From the human T2T-CHM13v2.0 reference genome, Homo sapiens, in assembly GCF_009914755.1 (NCBI RefSeq), contig NC_060926.1: DNA of 64,000 nt, one strand, 5' to 3'. Of this stretch, positions 1 through 18,702 are shown piece by piece. The position numbers were made by a program, and so were the translations under genes. The notes beneath the pieces were generated by a model, which did not search any database, had not been told where the DNA came from, and saw only the letters and a list, made by a program, of their open reading frames with translations. The number at the start of each line of letters is the position of its first letter. The stretch's first letter is position 1.

Positions 1-192
1 TCATAATTATTATTCAAACCTAGAGTCCTAACTTGCATCAAAATTAGTGGGAGCTATGAAACTTTTGTTGTTTTTTTTCTTATTTGTTTTTAAATTTTTT
101 ATTTTTACTTGTGGTAAAATACACATAACACAACATTTACCATCGTGACAATTTTTAAGTGTACAATTCAGGAGTGTTAAGCATACTCACAT

Positions 193-1079
<887 letters not shown>

Positions 1080-1558
1080 ATATGTTGGGCAATCAATCTT
1101 CACAACTTTTTTTATCTTGCAAAACTGGAACTCTATACCCATTAAGCAATTCCCCATTCCCCCTCCTCTCAGACTCAGGCAACCACTATTCTACTTTCTG
1201 TCTCTATGAACGTGACTACTCCAGAAACCTCATGTAAATGGAATTATGCAGTATTTGTCCTTTTGTGACTGGTTTATTTCATTTAGCATAATGTCTTCAA
1301 GGTTCCTCCAAGTTGTAGCATGTGCCCAAATGTACTTCCTTTTTAAGGCTGAAGAATGTTCTGTTGTATAAAAAGGTTTTTTTTTTTTTGTTTTTTTTTA
1401 AGCAAGAAAGTACTTATCATAAAAGTCAGGACTGTAGGAACCTCCATGTGGGGAGAAGGATGTGATTGAGAAATAACACACTGCGGGGCTAGCATTAGGG
1501 TAGTCACCCTGTGCCTGGCAGTGCCCTATTACTTAACTTGGGTTATATAAATATTTGC

Positions 1559-1938
1559 TGCTATGGACTGAATTGAATCCTCCTCTAAATCCACATGCTG
1601 AGACCCTAACTCCTCTAAATCCACTTGTTGTGACCATATTTGGAGACAGGGTCTTTAGAAGGTAATTAAAGTTAAATGAGGTCATAAGGACAGGGCCCTA
1701 ATTTAATACAACTGGCTTTATAAGAGGAAAAAGAGATCTCCCTCTATCTCTTTACCATATGGGACACAGCAAGAGGGTGGCTGTCTGCAAGCCAAGAAGA
1801 GAGCCCTCACCAGAAGCCAAGTTGGCCAGCACCTTGATCTTGGACTTCTCAGCCTCCAGAAATTCAAGAAATAAATATCTGTTATTTAAGCTACCTACTC
1901 TGTGGTATTTTATATGGCAGCCTGGGCAGACGAATACA
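1559..1938 (+). mobile_element. MaLR LTR (MLT1A/B-like)
   Basis: 'tgctatggactgaattg...gaggtcataagg...gcaagccaagaagagagccctcaccagaa...gaataca'. Confidence 0.85.
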
Positions 1939-1968
1939 TTCACTTTATGATTATTCATCATTATATAA

Positions 1969-2367
<399 letters not shown>

Positions 2368-2399
2368 TAATGCTTGAAGGACTCTTTCCCTGCCCACTT

Positions 2400-2580
2400 G
2401 TATAATGTAGTGGCTAAGAGTCAAAGCTTTGGAATCAGGCTGCCTGATGCAAGCCTGGTTCTTCCCTCCATTTAGTAGCTGGGTGCTTAGGCAAGTGACT
2501 GAAACTCTCGGCATTTCAATTGCCTCATTTAAAACAGTATCTGGTTCACAGTGAGTGCTCAATAAACTTTAGCTGTTACT
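2400..2580 (+). mobile_element. MIR
   Basis: 'tagtggctaagagtcaaagctttggaatcagg...ggcaagtgact...ctcatttaaaa' MIR core. Confidence 0.75.
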
Positions 2581-2655
2581 AATATTATATTCAAATCATT
2601 TTAAATGCTGACCTAAAACTTTATTAAATAGTGTGTCCCAGGAATCAGCCCTTAA

Positions 2656-3035
<380 letters not shown>

Positions 3036-3799
3036 CTATACAGCTATTTCTATATCATTTTATTTGAGAATTATTTCCTATCTTTCAGAAAGTAAAATTT
3101 GTCCATTCTCTTAGGAAATGATGTTAATTATAGATGCTAATTGCTTTATTACTGTCTTTACTTAGCAAACCTAAAAATTGGCTATCATTTCTCCTCCCAA
3201 TTTTAAATATTTTTTTGAAATGTTATTGCTCTGTAAAATTTTTTAAATCAGAGAATTACTGCCCTAAAACATTTCTTTGAAGGACTTAAGCTACTCTTTC
3301 TTCCCTCACCAGCTGGCCCACACATTCCCCTGCTCCGTCTCCCCTGCCTTTATAGTATAGCCCAAGACAGCTTGGATTAGAACTGTTGCTCTGCCAAGGA
3401 TTTGTGTGCCTATCCGCAGCTGGGCAGAGAGGTTTCCTTAGAAAATGGCATCTTCAGGCCTATACTGTTTCTCCATGTCATTAGGCATTTCTCTCTGTGC
3501 CCTCTCCAGCAGCCACATGGAGCCTTGTCATCCTGGGGTTCCTGCCCTGCCCCATTGTTTCCATTGCCCTTTTTCATTCTTCTCCCTTTCAGAAGGGGGC
3601 TCTTCCCAGGTAGAATCTTCTCATTATCCTCTCCCTCCCTTTCTAGACTTGTGTGTGTGCTGTGGCCCTTAACAGGGTAAGGCCAAGGCAAAGGCCAGAG
3701 GCAGACATGGTGTATGACCAGGATCACACCCAGGGGCAGAAGCAGCACGAATTCTAAGTTGCCCCTCACAAACAGCCCAAAGAGCCTTTTTACGCTTGG

Positions 3800-4730
<931 letters not shown>

Positions 4731-5109
4731 ATGTTTTTTGAGGTTGTTGCACACATTGCCTACACAAAAATCCAAGTACAACAATTCAAAAGCAACTATC
4801 TTGTCAGCAGTTATAACTCCTTTTTCAGTGGAGGGGATCTTTTCTTCACAGTTCCCAGGAGAGAAGGGCCTCTCTGCCTGCCTGCTTTGATGACCTACTA
4901 TTTTTCTCCTCAGTAGCACCAGGAGAAGAAAAGGGAAATAAAGAACAGTATTTCCAATCCTGGGGTGATGGGTCTTTTTATTGCCGCTGTTGTTTGTTTG
5001 CCTGTTTGTTTGTGTCTTGGGTAAGTATTAGAACTGAAGCCTTGCGTGTCAGAGCTGGAAACTTGGTTCTTGTGATGAGTTATTGGGGTTTGCTATGTAA
5101 ACACAGAGG

Positions 5110-6070
<961 letters not shown>

Positions 6071-6109
6071 AAATGAGTATTAATATTAAACAATTATAAA
6101 TGAGTAGAG

Positions 6110-6350
6110 CAGAATGGTCAGAAGTCTTGATTCTGGATTAGATCTTTGTTCTAATTGAAGTTTGGGCCATTACTAGTTATATGACCTTGAACAAGTAACA
6201 ATCTCCCTGAGCTACAGTTTCAATACTGGTAAAATTTAGAAAATAGTAACAACATAGTAGAGTTAGTAGAAATTTTTGTGATAATTGAGATAATGCAAAT
6301 TCAATGTTTAGCTCAAGGCTAGTGCATAGTAAATGCTCATTAAATGCAAA
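6110..6350 (+). mobile_element. MIR
   Basis: 'tgaccttgaacaagtaacaatctccctgagctacagtttc' core. Confidence 0.7.
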
Positions 6351-6596
6351 CAAACATAGGAAGGGAGGGAGGGAGGGAGGGAAAGATTTAGACTGCTAGC
6401 CTAGAGTTACTCAACATATTTCTGATTTGATATGAATGCTCTAATGGTTCAATACAAAATTCATTCAGAAATCTTCCACTGACTTCTTCAAAATGGAGCT
6501 CTGAGCACAGTCTTCTTTCTCCTTACAACAGGAAAACCCATTAAAATGAATTTATCAAAGAAGAAGGAAAATGAAAAGCCGAAAGAGAGGAGGGAA

Positions 6597-6622
6597 AGGA
6601 GGAGGAGGAGGAGGAGGAGGAG
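6597..6622 (+). repeat. (GGA)n microsatellite
   Basis: About 8 GGA units. Confidence 0.9.
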
Positions 6623-7750
6623 ACAATTTCACAACAGCAAACAATGACCAAGAGAAGGGGAAGCAGGTCAACAGCAGATGACATTGCTCAGCAAGTTACT
6701 GGCACATGGGAAGTGGGTGCAAGGATACTGCCTATTGAAGCCAAGCAGAGGCTACTGCAGTCCTGATGTGGACGAAGGAGATTGCTGCTACAAAGGGTGC
6801 TGCTCTGCCTTGTGGAATTTCTGAGATGTTCTGGGATTGGGAGGTAGAATATACAGGGAAAAGTAGAGATTAATTGAAAGTCAGTTTGCCAAGTAGTAGG
6901 TTTCCTCTACTCCCTTCCTTATTCACTGCAAGTTCAATAATTTATGGCAGGGATCTATATTCCAGGCAAAAATTATCAGAGGGCTTTTCTTTAAAGAAAG
7001 TGAATAAAATATCAAGGAAACTTGAGTGTGTGTTGGTTGTTCAGAGCAACCTCTTCCTCCTTCTGGCATTCAATGTTCTCCGGGTAATGCCTAGATCTCA
7101 ACCATACCCCAAAGCAAAAGCTACCCCCTTGATAAGCCTTCCCCACTCATAGTTTTGTTATTGCCTTTTCCTTAAATATGAGTGAACAAGAGAATCACAA
7201 TATAATTGAGGCAAATCTGCAACATGAAAGACATACCCAAACAGGAAAACAGAATCTGGAGAACAACAGACCTTAAAAACATCAACAGCAACAAATACAA
7301 AACAAACACAAAATACAAACAAACAAAAACGTGACTGTTTTAAAACATGTCTACAAATTTTTCACATTCTTCCCATCGAGAAGTGGAATCTATGTCTCTT
7401 CGTAAATCTGGGCCAACGTTAATGACTCATCTGTAACCAACACAGTGAAGTTGACATTGCATGCCTTCTGAAGCTAGGTCAGAAAAAGGCATATAGCATC
7501 TATTTGGTTCTTGTGGGATACTTGCTGTCTTAGTTTGTGTTGCTATAAAGGAATATCTGAGGCTAGGTAATATTTTTTAAGAAAGAGGTTTATTTGGCTC
7601 AGAGTTCCACAGGCTGTACAAGAAGCATGGCATCAGCATCTGCTTCTGGTGAGGGTTTCAGGCTGCTTCTACTCATGGTGGATAGGAAAGGGGAGCTGGC
7701 ATTTGCAAAGATCACATAGTGAGAGAGGAAGCAGGGGGTAGGGACCAGGC

Positions 7751-7905
7751 TTATTTGTTTATTTTTAAGAGATGGGGTCTTGCTGTGTTGCCCAGGCTGG
7801 AGTGAGCATATCTCACTGCAGCCTCCAACTCCTGGGCTCAAGTGATCCTCCTGCCTCAGCCTCCCAAGTAGCTAGAACTACAGGTGTGAGCCACCACTCC
7901 TGGCC
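7751..7905 (-). mobile_element. Alu monomer (FLAM-like)
   Basis: Single monomer inside the MST LTR. Confidence 0.85.
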
Positions 7906-9073
7906 AAGCTCTTTTAAACAACCAGCTATTGTTGGAAATAACAGAGTGAGAACTCACTCATTTCTCCTCCAGAGAGGGCATTAATCTATCCATGAGGATC
8001 TGCCCCCATGACCCAAACATCTCCTACTAGGTCACACTTCCAACACTGATGATCAAATTTCAACATGATGTTTGAAGTGTATCCAAACCATAGCATTCCA
8101 CTCCTGATTCCCCAAAATTTCATGTCCTTATCACATACAAAATACAATAATTTCATCCCAATATTTCCCCAAAGTCTCAACCTGTTCCAGCGTTAACTCA
8201 AAAGTCCAAAGTCTTATATGAGACTCAAGGCAAGCTCCTTCCAGCTATAAGTGTGTGAAGTTGAACAAGTTATTTGCTGCCAAGATACAATGGAGGTACA
8301 GGCATTGAGGAAACATTTCCATCCCAAAAGGGAGATATCAGCCAAAAGAAAGGGCTAATAAGCCCCCACACAAATCTGCAATGCATCAGGGCAGATATAA
8401 AACCTTAAAGTTCCAGAATAATCTTTGACTCCATATCCTGCATCCTGAGTACACCAGTGTGAGGGATGGGTTCCCAAAGCCTTATGCAGCCATATCCCAT
8501 GGCTTTGCTGGGCATAGCTCACATGGCTGCCCTCACAGATTGGAGTTGAATGCCTATGGCTTTTTCCAGGATGAAGTGGCATGCTGCCAGTGGCTCTATA
8601 ATTCTGGGGTCTCCAGGGCAGTGGCTCTGCTGCCACAGCTCCACCAGGCAATGCACTAGTAGAGGCTCTCTGCAGTGGCTCCACCCCTGTGGCAGTCTTC
8701 TGCCCTGGCACTCAGGCTTTCCGATACATCTCTAAAATCTAGGTAGAAGCTGCCACACCTTTGCTAGTCTTGCATTCTGCATATTTGCAGACTTAACACC
8801 ACATAGAAGATGCCAAGCCTTAAGGTTTGCGCTCTCCAGGGCAGTGGCCAGAGCAGTATCTGGGGCCATTTGACCCTGTGCTGCTACAATCAGAGCAGCT
8901 GGATGTGAGGAACAGCATCTTCAGGTGGCACCACAGGACAGTATTGTCCCAGGCCTGGCTCCCAAAACCAGTCTGTCCTCTGAGGCCTCTGGGATATGAT
9001 AGGAGGGGCAGCACTGAAGATTTCTGAAATGTCTTAGGAGCCTTTTCCCCATTGTCTAGATTATTGGCACCTG

Positions 9074-9220
9074 GTTGCTGGGTGTGGCGGCTCATGCCTG
9101 TAATCCCAGCTCTTAGGGAGGTAGCAGTGGGAGGACAGTTTGAGCCCAGGTGTTTGAGACCTGCCCTGGCTCTGTAGTGAGACCTTAGTGTCCACAGAAA
9201 GGAAAAAAAAAAAAAAAAAA
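9074..9220 (+). mobile_element. Alu monomer (FLAM-like)
   Basis: Left-monomer sequence followed by an A tail. Confidence 0.8.
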
Positions 9221-9459
9221 GGACACACACACACAACACAAAACTAAGTGTATTAGCACATGGCTCCTTTTTAGTCACACTAATCTCTTCATCAAGTGGT
9301 TGTTCCACAGCACCCTAAGATTCCTCACCTGAAAACACTCTTCTCTAACACATGGCTAGGCTATGAACTTTCCAGATTTTTATGTTCTGATTCCTTTTTA
9401 ATTATAAATTCCACATTTAGGTCATTCTTTTGCTATTGTATCTGATCACAAGCTGTTAA

Positions 9460-9834
<375 letters not shown>

Positions 9835-10695
9835 CTAGATCATGACTGTTAAGTCTGGCCTTCCATGAAGCCCTAGGACCTGGACACACAATCAAGTTCT
9901 TTGCTACAGTGTAACAAGGGTGACAATTGCTCCAGTTTCCAATAAGTTCTTCATTTCCATCTGTGAACTCTTTGGCATGGCCTTTACTGTCTGCATTTCT
10001 ATCAGCATTTTGGTCACAGCCTCTTCATCAGTCTTTAAGAAGTTTCCAATTTTGCTTTGTCTTTTTGTCTTCTTGCCCTCCAAACTCTTCCAACCTCTGC
10101 CCATTACCCAGTTCCAAAACTGCTTCTACATTTTTGGGTATCTTTATAGCAACACCCCACTCCCCACTACCAAGTTGCTTTGTTCATTTGTGGTGCTGTA
10201 AAGAAATACCTCAGGCTCGTAATTTATTTAATAAAAAGAGTTTTTTTGGCTCATGGTTCTGCAGGCTTTACAAGAAGAATGGCACCAGTACCTGCATTTG
10301 TTGAGGGCCTCAAGTTGCTTTCATTCATTAAGAAAGGGAAAGAGGGGCTGCCATGTGCAGTGGTCAGGAAGGAAGCAGGAAAGAGAGGCTCTTTTAAACA
10401 ACCAACTCTTATGCAAACTAACAGAATGAGAACTCACACCCTCAGCTCAGGGAGGGCGTTAATATATTCCATGAGGGATCTGCCCCATGGCCCAAACACC
10501 TCCCACTAGACCCCACCACCAACAATGGGGACCAAATTTTAACATGAGGTTTGGAGGGTCAAATATTCAAACTATAGAACTTGCCTGTGGAGTCCTGCAC
10601 CACCATGTATGAGATTTGCTACTCTGGGGCCACAGTGTATTGAGGAAAGCCCAGACCACGTGGAGAGGCCATGTGCTGGTGCTCCTGTTAACAGC

Positions 10696-11056
10696 TGTGT
10701 TAGTTGGTTCAGTTGCTATAGCAAAATACCTTAGGCCAGGTAATTTATAAACAACAGAAATTTATTGTTCATGGTTCTAGGGGAAGGAAAGTCAAAAATC
10801 AAGGTACCAGCAGATTGGTGTATGCTGAGGCATCGTTCCTTATAAACGGTGCACTCTACATGTCCTCACATGGTGGAAGGGGCAAACAAGCTCCCTCAGG
10901 CCTCTTTTGTAAGGGCACTAATCTGATCTTATTCATGAGGGGGGCATTCTTGTGACCTAATTACCTCCCAAAGGCCCCACCTCTTAATACCAACACAATA
11001 GGGATTATGTTTCAGTATATGAATTTTGGGGGGACACTAACATTCGGACAATAGCA
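10696..11056 (-). mobile_element. MaLR solo LTR (MLT1A/MSTD-like)
   Basis: 'tgtgttagtt...aacaacagaaatttattg...cccaaaggccccacctcttaatacc...aatagca'. Confidence 0.8.
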
Positions 11057-11845
11057 ATGCTCCAGCTCAGACACCAGATATGTGAGTGAAGAAGCCTCTA
11101 GATGATTCTAGGCCCCTGCCATGGAATCGCATTGGGTCTTTGAGTCTTCCCAGCAGATGCCTCACATGTGCCAGAGCAGAGGCAGTCCATCCTCCTCCAA
11201 ATCCTTGACTCACAGAATCTGTGAGTTGTATAATATGGTTGCTTGGGGATAGCTCGTTATGCAGCAATAGTAACTGGAGCAGTTCCCCCAGAGGGTTTTG
11301 AGAAGGTGGAATATATAGAAATCAAGAATGCTATTAAAAATAAACAAAGAACAAGAAGTGTCTTAAAAAATAGAATTAACATTGTTAAAATGAATAATTC
11401 AGTAGAAAGTTTGGAAGATAAAGATATGGAATTCTCACAGATGATAGAATTAAAAGGAACAAAAAGAAATATATAAAATATTTAAAATAAGATGTATGTG
11501 TAGAGGATCAATCTAGGAGTTTCAACATCTAACAGGAGTTCCAGAAAGAGACAATATTTTTAAAAATGAGGAGTGGAAATCAAAAAAGGAAAAATAAAGT
11601 TTATATAATAAGTGAAAAAACTATAAAAATTCAGACTCATAGTTATGAAATTTCATAACACCAAAGATAAAGAGAAAATTCTAAAAGTGTTTAGTGTTGG
11701 GGAGAATAGGCTACCTACAAAATGAACAAGACTCACACTGGCATCTAACTTCTCATCAGCAACAATGAAAGACTAGAAGTTTTTAGGGAAAATACTTTGA
11801 CCCTTGAATTCGAGATGTAGCCAAACTGATAATAAAGTATGAGGG

Positions 11846-12459
<614 letters not shown>

Positions 12460-12729
12460 ATTAAAAAAATTTTTTTAAAAGTATGATGGTAGAATGAAGA
12501 TATTTTCCAGAATATTAAGAATAAGGAAATGTGGCTTTTCTTCATAAATTCCTTGAGAATATTTTCCAATAAAATGAGGGATTAATGCAAAAATGAGGAA
12601 GACATGGGCTCCAGGAAGCAGTGGATCCAGCCCCGGAGAGACTCCAGGGAACTCTCAGAATAATGACTGTGAAGCAAACCCAGACAGCAAGCAAACTCGA
12701 TTGAAGCATTAGGAAGGAGAACACTAGGA

Positions 12730-13350
12730 CAGGGGTCAGCTGGTGTCAGCCTGTGAGCCAAATTCAGCCTGCTGCCTGCTTCTGTATGACCTACCAGCAA
12801 AGAACGGTGGTTTTTTTTTTGTTTTTTTTTGTTTTTTTGAGACACGGTCTGCCTGTTACATCTTGGCTCATTGCAGCCTCAACCTCCCTGGCTCAAGCGA
12901 TCCTCCTGCCTCAGCCCCCTGGGTAGCTGGGACTACAGGCACACACCACCACACCCGACTAAGTTTTGCATTTTTTGTAGAGACAGGGTTTCACCATGTT
13001 GGCCAGGCTAGTCTCGAACTCCTGGCCTCAAGTGATACACCCGCCTCAGCCTCCCAAAGTGCTGGGATTACAGGCATGAGCCATTATGGCTGGCCCTGAA
13101 GTTTTTAATGGTTGAAAAAAAATTTCAAGAAAAATAAGAGTATTTCATGATACACAAAAATTACATGAAATTCAAATTTCAGTGTCTATAAAGTCTTATT
13201 GGAACACAGCCATGCTCACTTGTTTACTGATTGTCTATGGCTAATTTCATGCTCCAGCAGCTGAGTAGCTGCTCAACCCTGTATGGTAAACTAAGCCTAA
13301 CGTATTTACTATCTGGTTCTTCACAGGAAAAGTTTTTTGACCACTGCTCT
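12730..13350 (+). mobile_element. MER58-like hAT DNA transposon, interrupted by an antisense Alu (12810-13095)
   Basis: 'caggggtcagc...gccaaattcagcctgctgcctg' and 'ttattggaacacagccatgctcac...tttttgaccactgctctag'. Confidence 0.8.
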
Positions 13351-14059
13351 AGGATAAAAGGGAACTCCATGTAATAGGTTGCATGATTAAAAACTTGGAA
13401 AAATTTGAGGATGTGATAAAAGCAAATAATGCATGAGTGGGAGGGGGAAAGGTAATTTAAAATGCCAAATACACACATATGTACAAATCCAACTGCTGTA
13501 GGGGAAAGTCATAGATAAAATATAAAGAAATTGATCCAAATCATGATGGGAAGGCAGCAAGCTTCGAGAAGAATGAAATACATTCTAAGGTATAGATAAA
13601 AGGAGGAAGAAGCTAGGAAATGTTTGAAATATGGTGAAGTAGGCATGTGTTTCTTCTTTACATAAAATAAAGGCTATTTAGAAACTCCAGGAGTAAAGCA
13701 AAAACTAAAATAAAACAAAAACTGTACCAAAAAGAAAAAACAAAGCTGGTTTAAATATAGAGCAGATGGATGGGTGTGAGTGAAAGACTTTTTACCATAT
13801 AATATTTGTATTATTTTGGATTTTGAGCCATATAAATGCTTTGCCTATTCAAAAAACAATCTGAACCAACTTAAAGGTGGGATGGTTTTGAGAAAGAAGA
13901 AGCCACATGAACTTTTCACTATGAAATTTCCCTTTTGAGTGGTCCAAAGGATAGTGATATTGAAAAAATAGGCTTTCAGGGAAGAGTGATTTCATGGTTA
14001 GAATAATGCATTTGCTGTGTATTAGTAGTTGGCTTTTAGAATTAATTTATTAGAATCCA

Positions 14060-15470
14060 TTAGAATCAATCAATCTTTCCCACTGCTCAGGTTACAACAC
14101 TTATAGTCATTTTGACTCCTCTTTTTCTCATACTCCACATCCAATTGGTCAGGAAATACCATCAGCTTTAACTGCTTTTGTTTGTTTGAAGCAGAGTCTC
14201 ACTCTCTTGCCCAGGCCGAAGTGCAACAGTGCGAACTCGGCTCACTACAACCTCTACCTCCAGGGTTCAAGTGATTCTCCTGCTTCAGCCTCCTGAGTAG
14301 CTGGGACTACAAGTGTGCGCCACCATGCCCAGCTAATTTTTGTATTTTTAGAAGAGATGGGGTCTCACCATGTTTTCCAGGCTGGTCTTGAACTCCTGAC
14401 CTCAAGTGATCCGCTCGCCTGGGCCTCCCAAACTGCTGGGATTACAGGCATGAGCCACTATGCCTGGCCTTTTTTTTTTTTTTTTTTTTTTTTGAGACAG
14501 GGTCTCACTCTTTTGCCCAGGCTAGAGTGCAGTGGTGCGATCCCAGCTCACGGCAACCTCCCCTTCTCAAGTTCAAGCAATTCTCCTTCTTCAGCCACCT
14601 GAATAACTGGGATTACAAATGCACGCCACCACACCTGGCTAATTTTTGTATTTTCAGTAGAGACAGGGTTTCACCATGTTGGTCAGGCTGCTCTCAAATT
14701 CCTGACCCCAAGTGATCCGTCTGCTTTGGCCTCCCAAAGTGCTGAAATTACAGGTGTGAGCCACCACACCCGGCCTCACTTTAACTTCTGAATATATCCA
14801 GAATCCATTCATTTCTTTCCACCTCCATGGCTATCCCTGACTTCATGCCATTGTCATATTTCACCGGGATTTTTGTAGTAGCGTTCTCAAAGGTCTCCAC
14901 CTATGGTCCACAACAGTCTCTTCTCGGCACAGCAACCCAAGTGGCCCTGTTAAAATGCAGTATATCCTGTCACCCAGATGGCCACATGGCTCCACTCAAG
15001 CTGCACCCATGTGGTACACACATATACACACCACATTCACATATGTTCTCCAGTACCCCTCCAACTTCACCTCCTGTTACTCTCCCTCAACCTCACTACA
15101 TTTCCTTTCAGCTTCTTCAACTAACTAGGCCTGCCCCCCGGCTCAGGCCATTATACTTCCTACTCCTTCTGCCCCCAGACACCCAAATGGCTCATTCCCT
15201 CACTTCCTTCAGGCCACTGTGACTGGGTGTGTGTACAGCTGTGTTCTCATGTGAGTCCTTTCCCTTTCCCTACTTTGGTTTCTTCCTTAGGATGTATTGT
15301 CATCTAACACAATAGAGATTTGACCTACTTTTCTCCAACTAGAGGGAAAAGGCTCCGTGAAGGATGCTTGTCTATTGCATTCACTTCTGTATCCTCAGTG
15401 CCTAAAACAGTGCTGGGCACATAGTAGGTGCTCAATAAATACCTATCAAATGAATGAATGAATGAATGAA
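14060..15470 (+). mobile_element. L2 3' end, interrupted by two antisense Alus (14176-14468, 14470-14774)
   Basis: Ends in 'cagtgctgggcacatagtaggtgctcaataaatacc...(gaat)n'. Confidence 0.85.
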
Positions 15471-16325
15471 TCAGCAAATCACTGAAGACAATCTAGTTGC
15501 AGGACAGAATGAATATGTTACCCAAACTTGAGAATGTTAATCTTACCAATCTTGGCCAAGATAGGGGAATGGAAGAGGTGGAGGTAGAGAAAAGGAGGGA
15601 AAAGTTGGGCATAATTAACCTCATGTTAAAACAAGGAGGTCACAAACTACTATCTAAGTGGAACAACAAATGGAAGCCTAAGTGCATTGTTTGAAACTGA
15701 AGATGCAGCCAGGGGGGAAACTGAGAATCGTGAGGAGGGGTATGGAACAGTGGGATGAAGGCAGGGCATATAAGAGAGCTGAGTCTTCTGACACGACAAG
15801 GAGTCAACAGGCAACACCTGAGGCTCCTGAATGCCAAACAGTAGTATAAGCACAATTAGAGACATAGGCATCACCACTTGAAGAACGAATCTGAGGGGTG
15901 GACAATTTCTTAGCCAGATGCAAATACTACTTTTACAAAATCAAATTTCTGGAGTGTTTTCCCTGAGCACCTTATTGCAGGCCATTCCCACCCTGGGTGT
16001 GAGGAAAGACATCACTGCTCCTTTTGGGGACCTTTTGGAGCACAGGCTAAACAATGACACCTGAGAAAAAGAACAACTAAGACCACACATCAGTGGCAGC
16101 TGCAGTATGGGATGAGTGACCAACTAAGGCATTCATGGGAAGCATGTGTTAACCCAGGCCTCACATTCTGACTGCAAAGCTGTCAAGGAGAACTCCCTGA
16201 TCTCTCCATCTGCCTCTCAGGAAGGCCAGATGCTGCCCTCTATCCTTTCTGTAGCCCCTTTCCATTCCCACTGAGGCTGCAAAAGTTGATTTGTACTTAG
16301 TAGCTTGGTAGAATATATTTGATTT

Positions 16326-16608
16326 GGACAGGCATGGTGGCTCACACCTGTAATTCCAACACTTTAGGAGGCCAAGGTTAGAGGATCACTTGAGGCCAGG
16401 AGTTCGAGACCAGCCTGGACAACATAACAAGACCCCCATCTCTACAAAATAAAATAAAATAATTAGCCAGTCATGGTGGTAGGCACCTTTGGTCCCAGCT
16501 ACTCGAGAGGCTGAGGTGGGAAGATCCCTTATGCCTAGGAGTTTGGGGCGGCAGTGAGCTGTGATTGTGTCACTGCACTCCAGCCTGCATGACAGAGTGA
16601 GACTCTTA
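16326..16608 (+). mobile_element. Alu (J-type) with TA-rich tail
   Basis: Dimer. Confidence 0.93.
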
Positions 16609-17611
16609 AATGTATATATAAATATATATATAGTTAAATATAATATATATATTTAAATAGAATATCAGAATCTCAGAAAGAAAACCATAGGTGTGATCTG
16701 TACCCATCAGTGACAGGTGGTGCTTGCAAAGTGAGAAATAGTTCCTGGAAGGCAAGCCAGTCCTAAGATAACAGATGATTATTTATTTTAATTTTAGGTG
16801 TCAAAATGTCCCTTTGACCAAAAACCTGTCTCTCCAGTGGTTGTACCAGGATAATCAATATTACTATTATTCAAGGTACTGCTATAACTCCTCCTCTTCC
16901 TCTTAATGTAGAGGTTCTGAATTTTAACAAAAGGCTTATGTGTTAAAGCAATGTCTATGCTTTATTTTCTTTTAATACAATAAAACCAGATTCTGGACAC
17001 AACTCACAGTGGGCAAGCATTAGCACTGGAGACCTCTCTCCTGGCTGGAAACATGGTCCTATGAGCTGCAGTGGCTTCTGCTTCTATGCTAGGTACAGGA
17101 CCTTTATCAGTATGAGGACCCTGATACCTGGGGCCCAGCCTCCTTTTCGGTACTACCCAGTAACCCCCTCCTCCTTTCCTGCCTTGCTCCTCCTCAAGGT
17201 TAGCCAGCAACAGTGCACAAGACCCTTTGTTCTCCCATCGCTGAAACATCTAACCTTTGATAGCTTGACTTCATCTTAATTCTGGAAGAAATTACTCCCC
17301 ACCCTCCTTGTCTTATTGCCATTAAAGGCACTTTGCAGTCTCTTCAGTTAATTAAGAATGTTACAAAAGACAGGAAGAGCTCTTGTCCTACAACTGCTTC
17401 TGCTTTTCATCCTTCTTTCTCTACAAGTTTTCTGTCTCAGCTCTCTTCTCTTCTTTCAGAAATCTCTTGAAAACTCTCTGTGGGCAACCGGCCCCTCCTA
17501 GTCTCTTTTTTTCTTTTCTTTTTGTAACAACATGTTTTATTTCAGTGGGGTTTGGGAGGAATTAGAAGCAAACTTGGTACTTATTCCACCATCAAGAATT
17601 TTTATTTGTTG

Positions 17612-17954
<343 letters not shown>

Positions 17955-18702
17955 TTACAGCCAGGATTCTTTGTAGCAGTCCACTATGTATGCCATATAT
18001 ATGCACAAACAGAAGGTAAATATTAGAAAGTTGAATCATCTTATATGTTATAAGGGAAGGTCTGTTTACGGAAAGCCAGAAAAATGATAAAATGCTTAAT
18101 TACATCTCTTTCTTCAGATACAGTCTCCAAATTATTTCCAGCTTTCATGCATGTTCTTTAATTTTGTTCTTCCCATTCAAATACAAAATATACTGGCTTA
18201 AGTTCAATGAACATTAGACTGAAACCAAAAATATATTGCTTTTAGCATTTCTAATACTTTCCATCTTTTCTCCATTATGCTGATTTTAAAATCTTTGTTT
18301 CTTGTCATTTTTCCCCCTTTTAGTACTCATTTTTATAAAATAAGAGCAAAATGCAAAAAAAGGTATTTAAATAATTGCAAAACAATGCTGGACAAGCAAA
18401 GACAGAGACGCAGCCAGACTTGAGACATTGATAGGCTAGCAGTGCATGCAGAAATGTAAATGCTTATTCACCAGCTAACAAGGGAAGGTTTGAATTTAAT
18501 GTACCATACAGGTGGTGTAGGAGTATCAGTGTAAAAGGTATCAAAGGGTAGATTGTACAAAAGTTGACTGTCCCAAACTCAAGGCCAGCTTAAATATTCT
18601 GAATCATAGAAATATTTAAGTAATTACTTGACATATATGATAGAGTTTTAAGGAGATATGCGCAAAATGAATTAATTGAAAATATTAAGATATACCTTCT
18701 AT

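Noticed and set aside
3648-3682. Plus-strand ~30-nt exon-like unit (ctttctag|...agg|gtaagg)
   Set aside because: Isolated, with no partner exons or other support.
17300-17600. Minus-strand K/E-rich pseudo-reading frame (FKRFLKEEKRAETENL*RKKDEKQKQL*)
   Set aside because: Better explained as the purine-rich 5' end of an ancient L1/HAL1 ('cctcccaaaccccactgaaat') than as a processed pseudogene.
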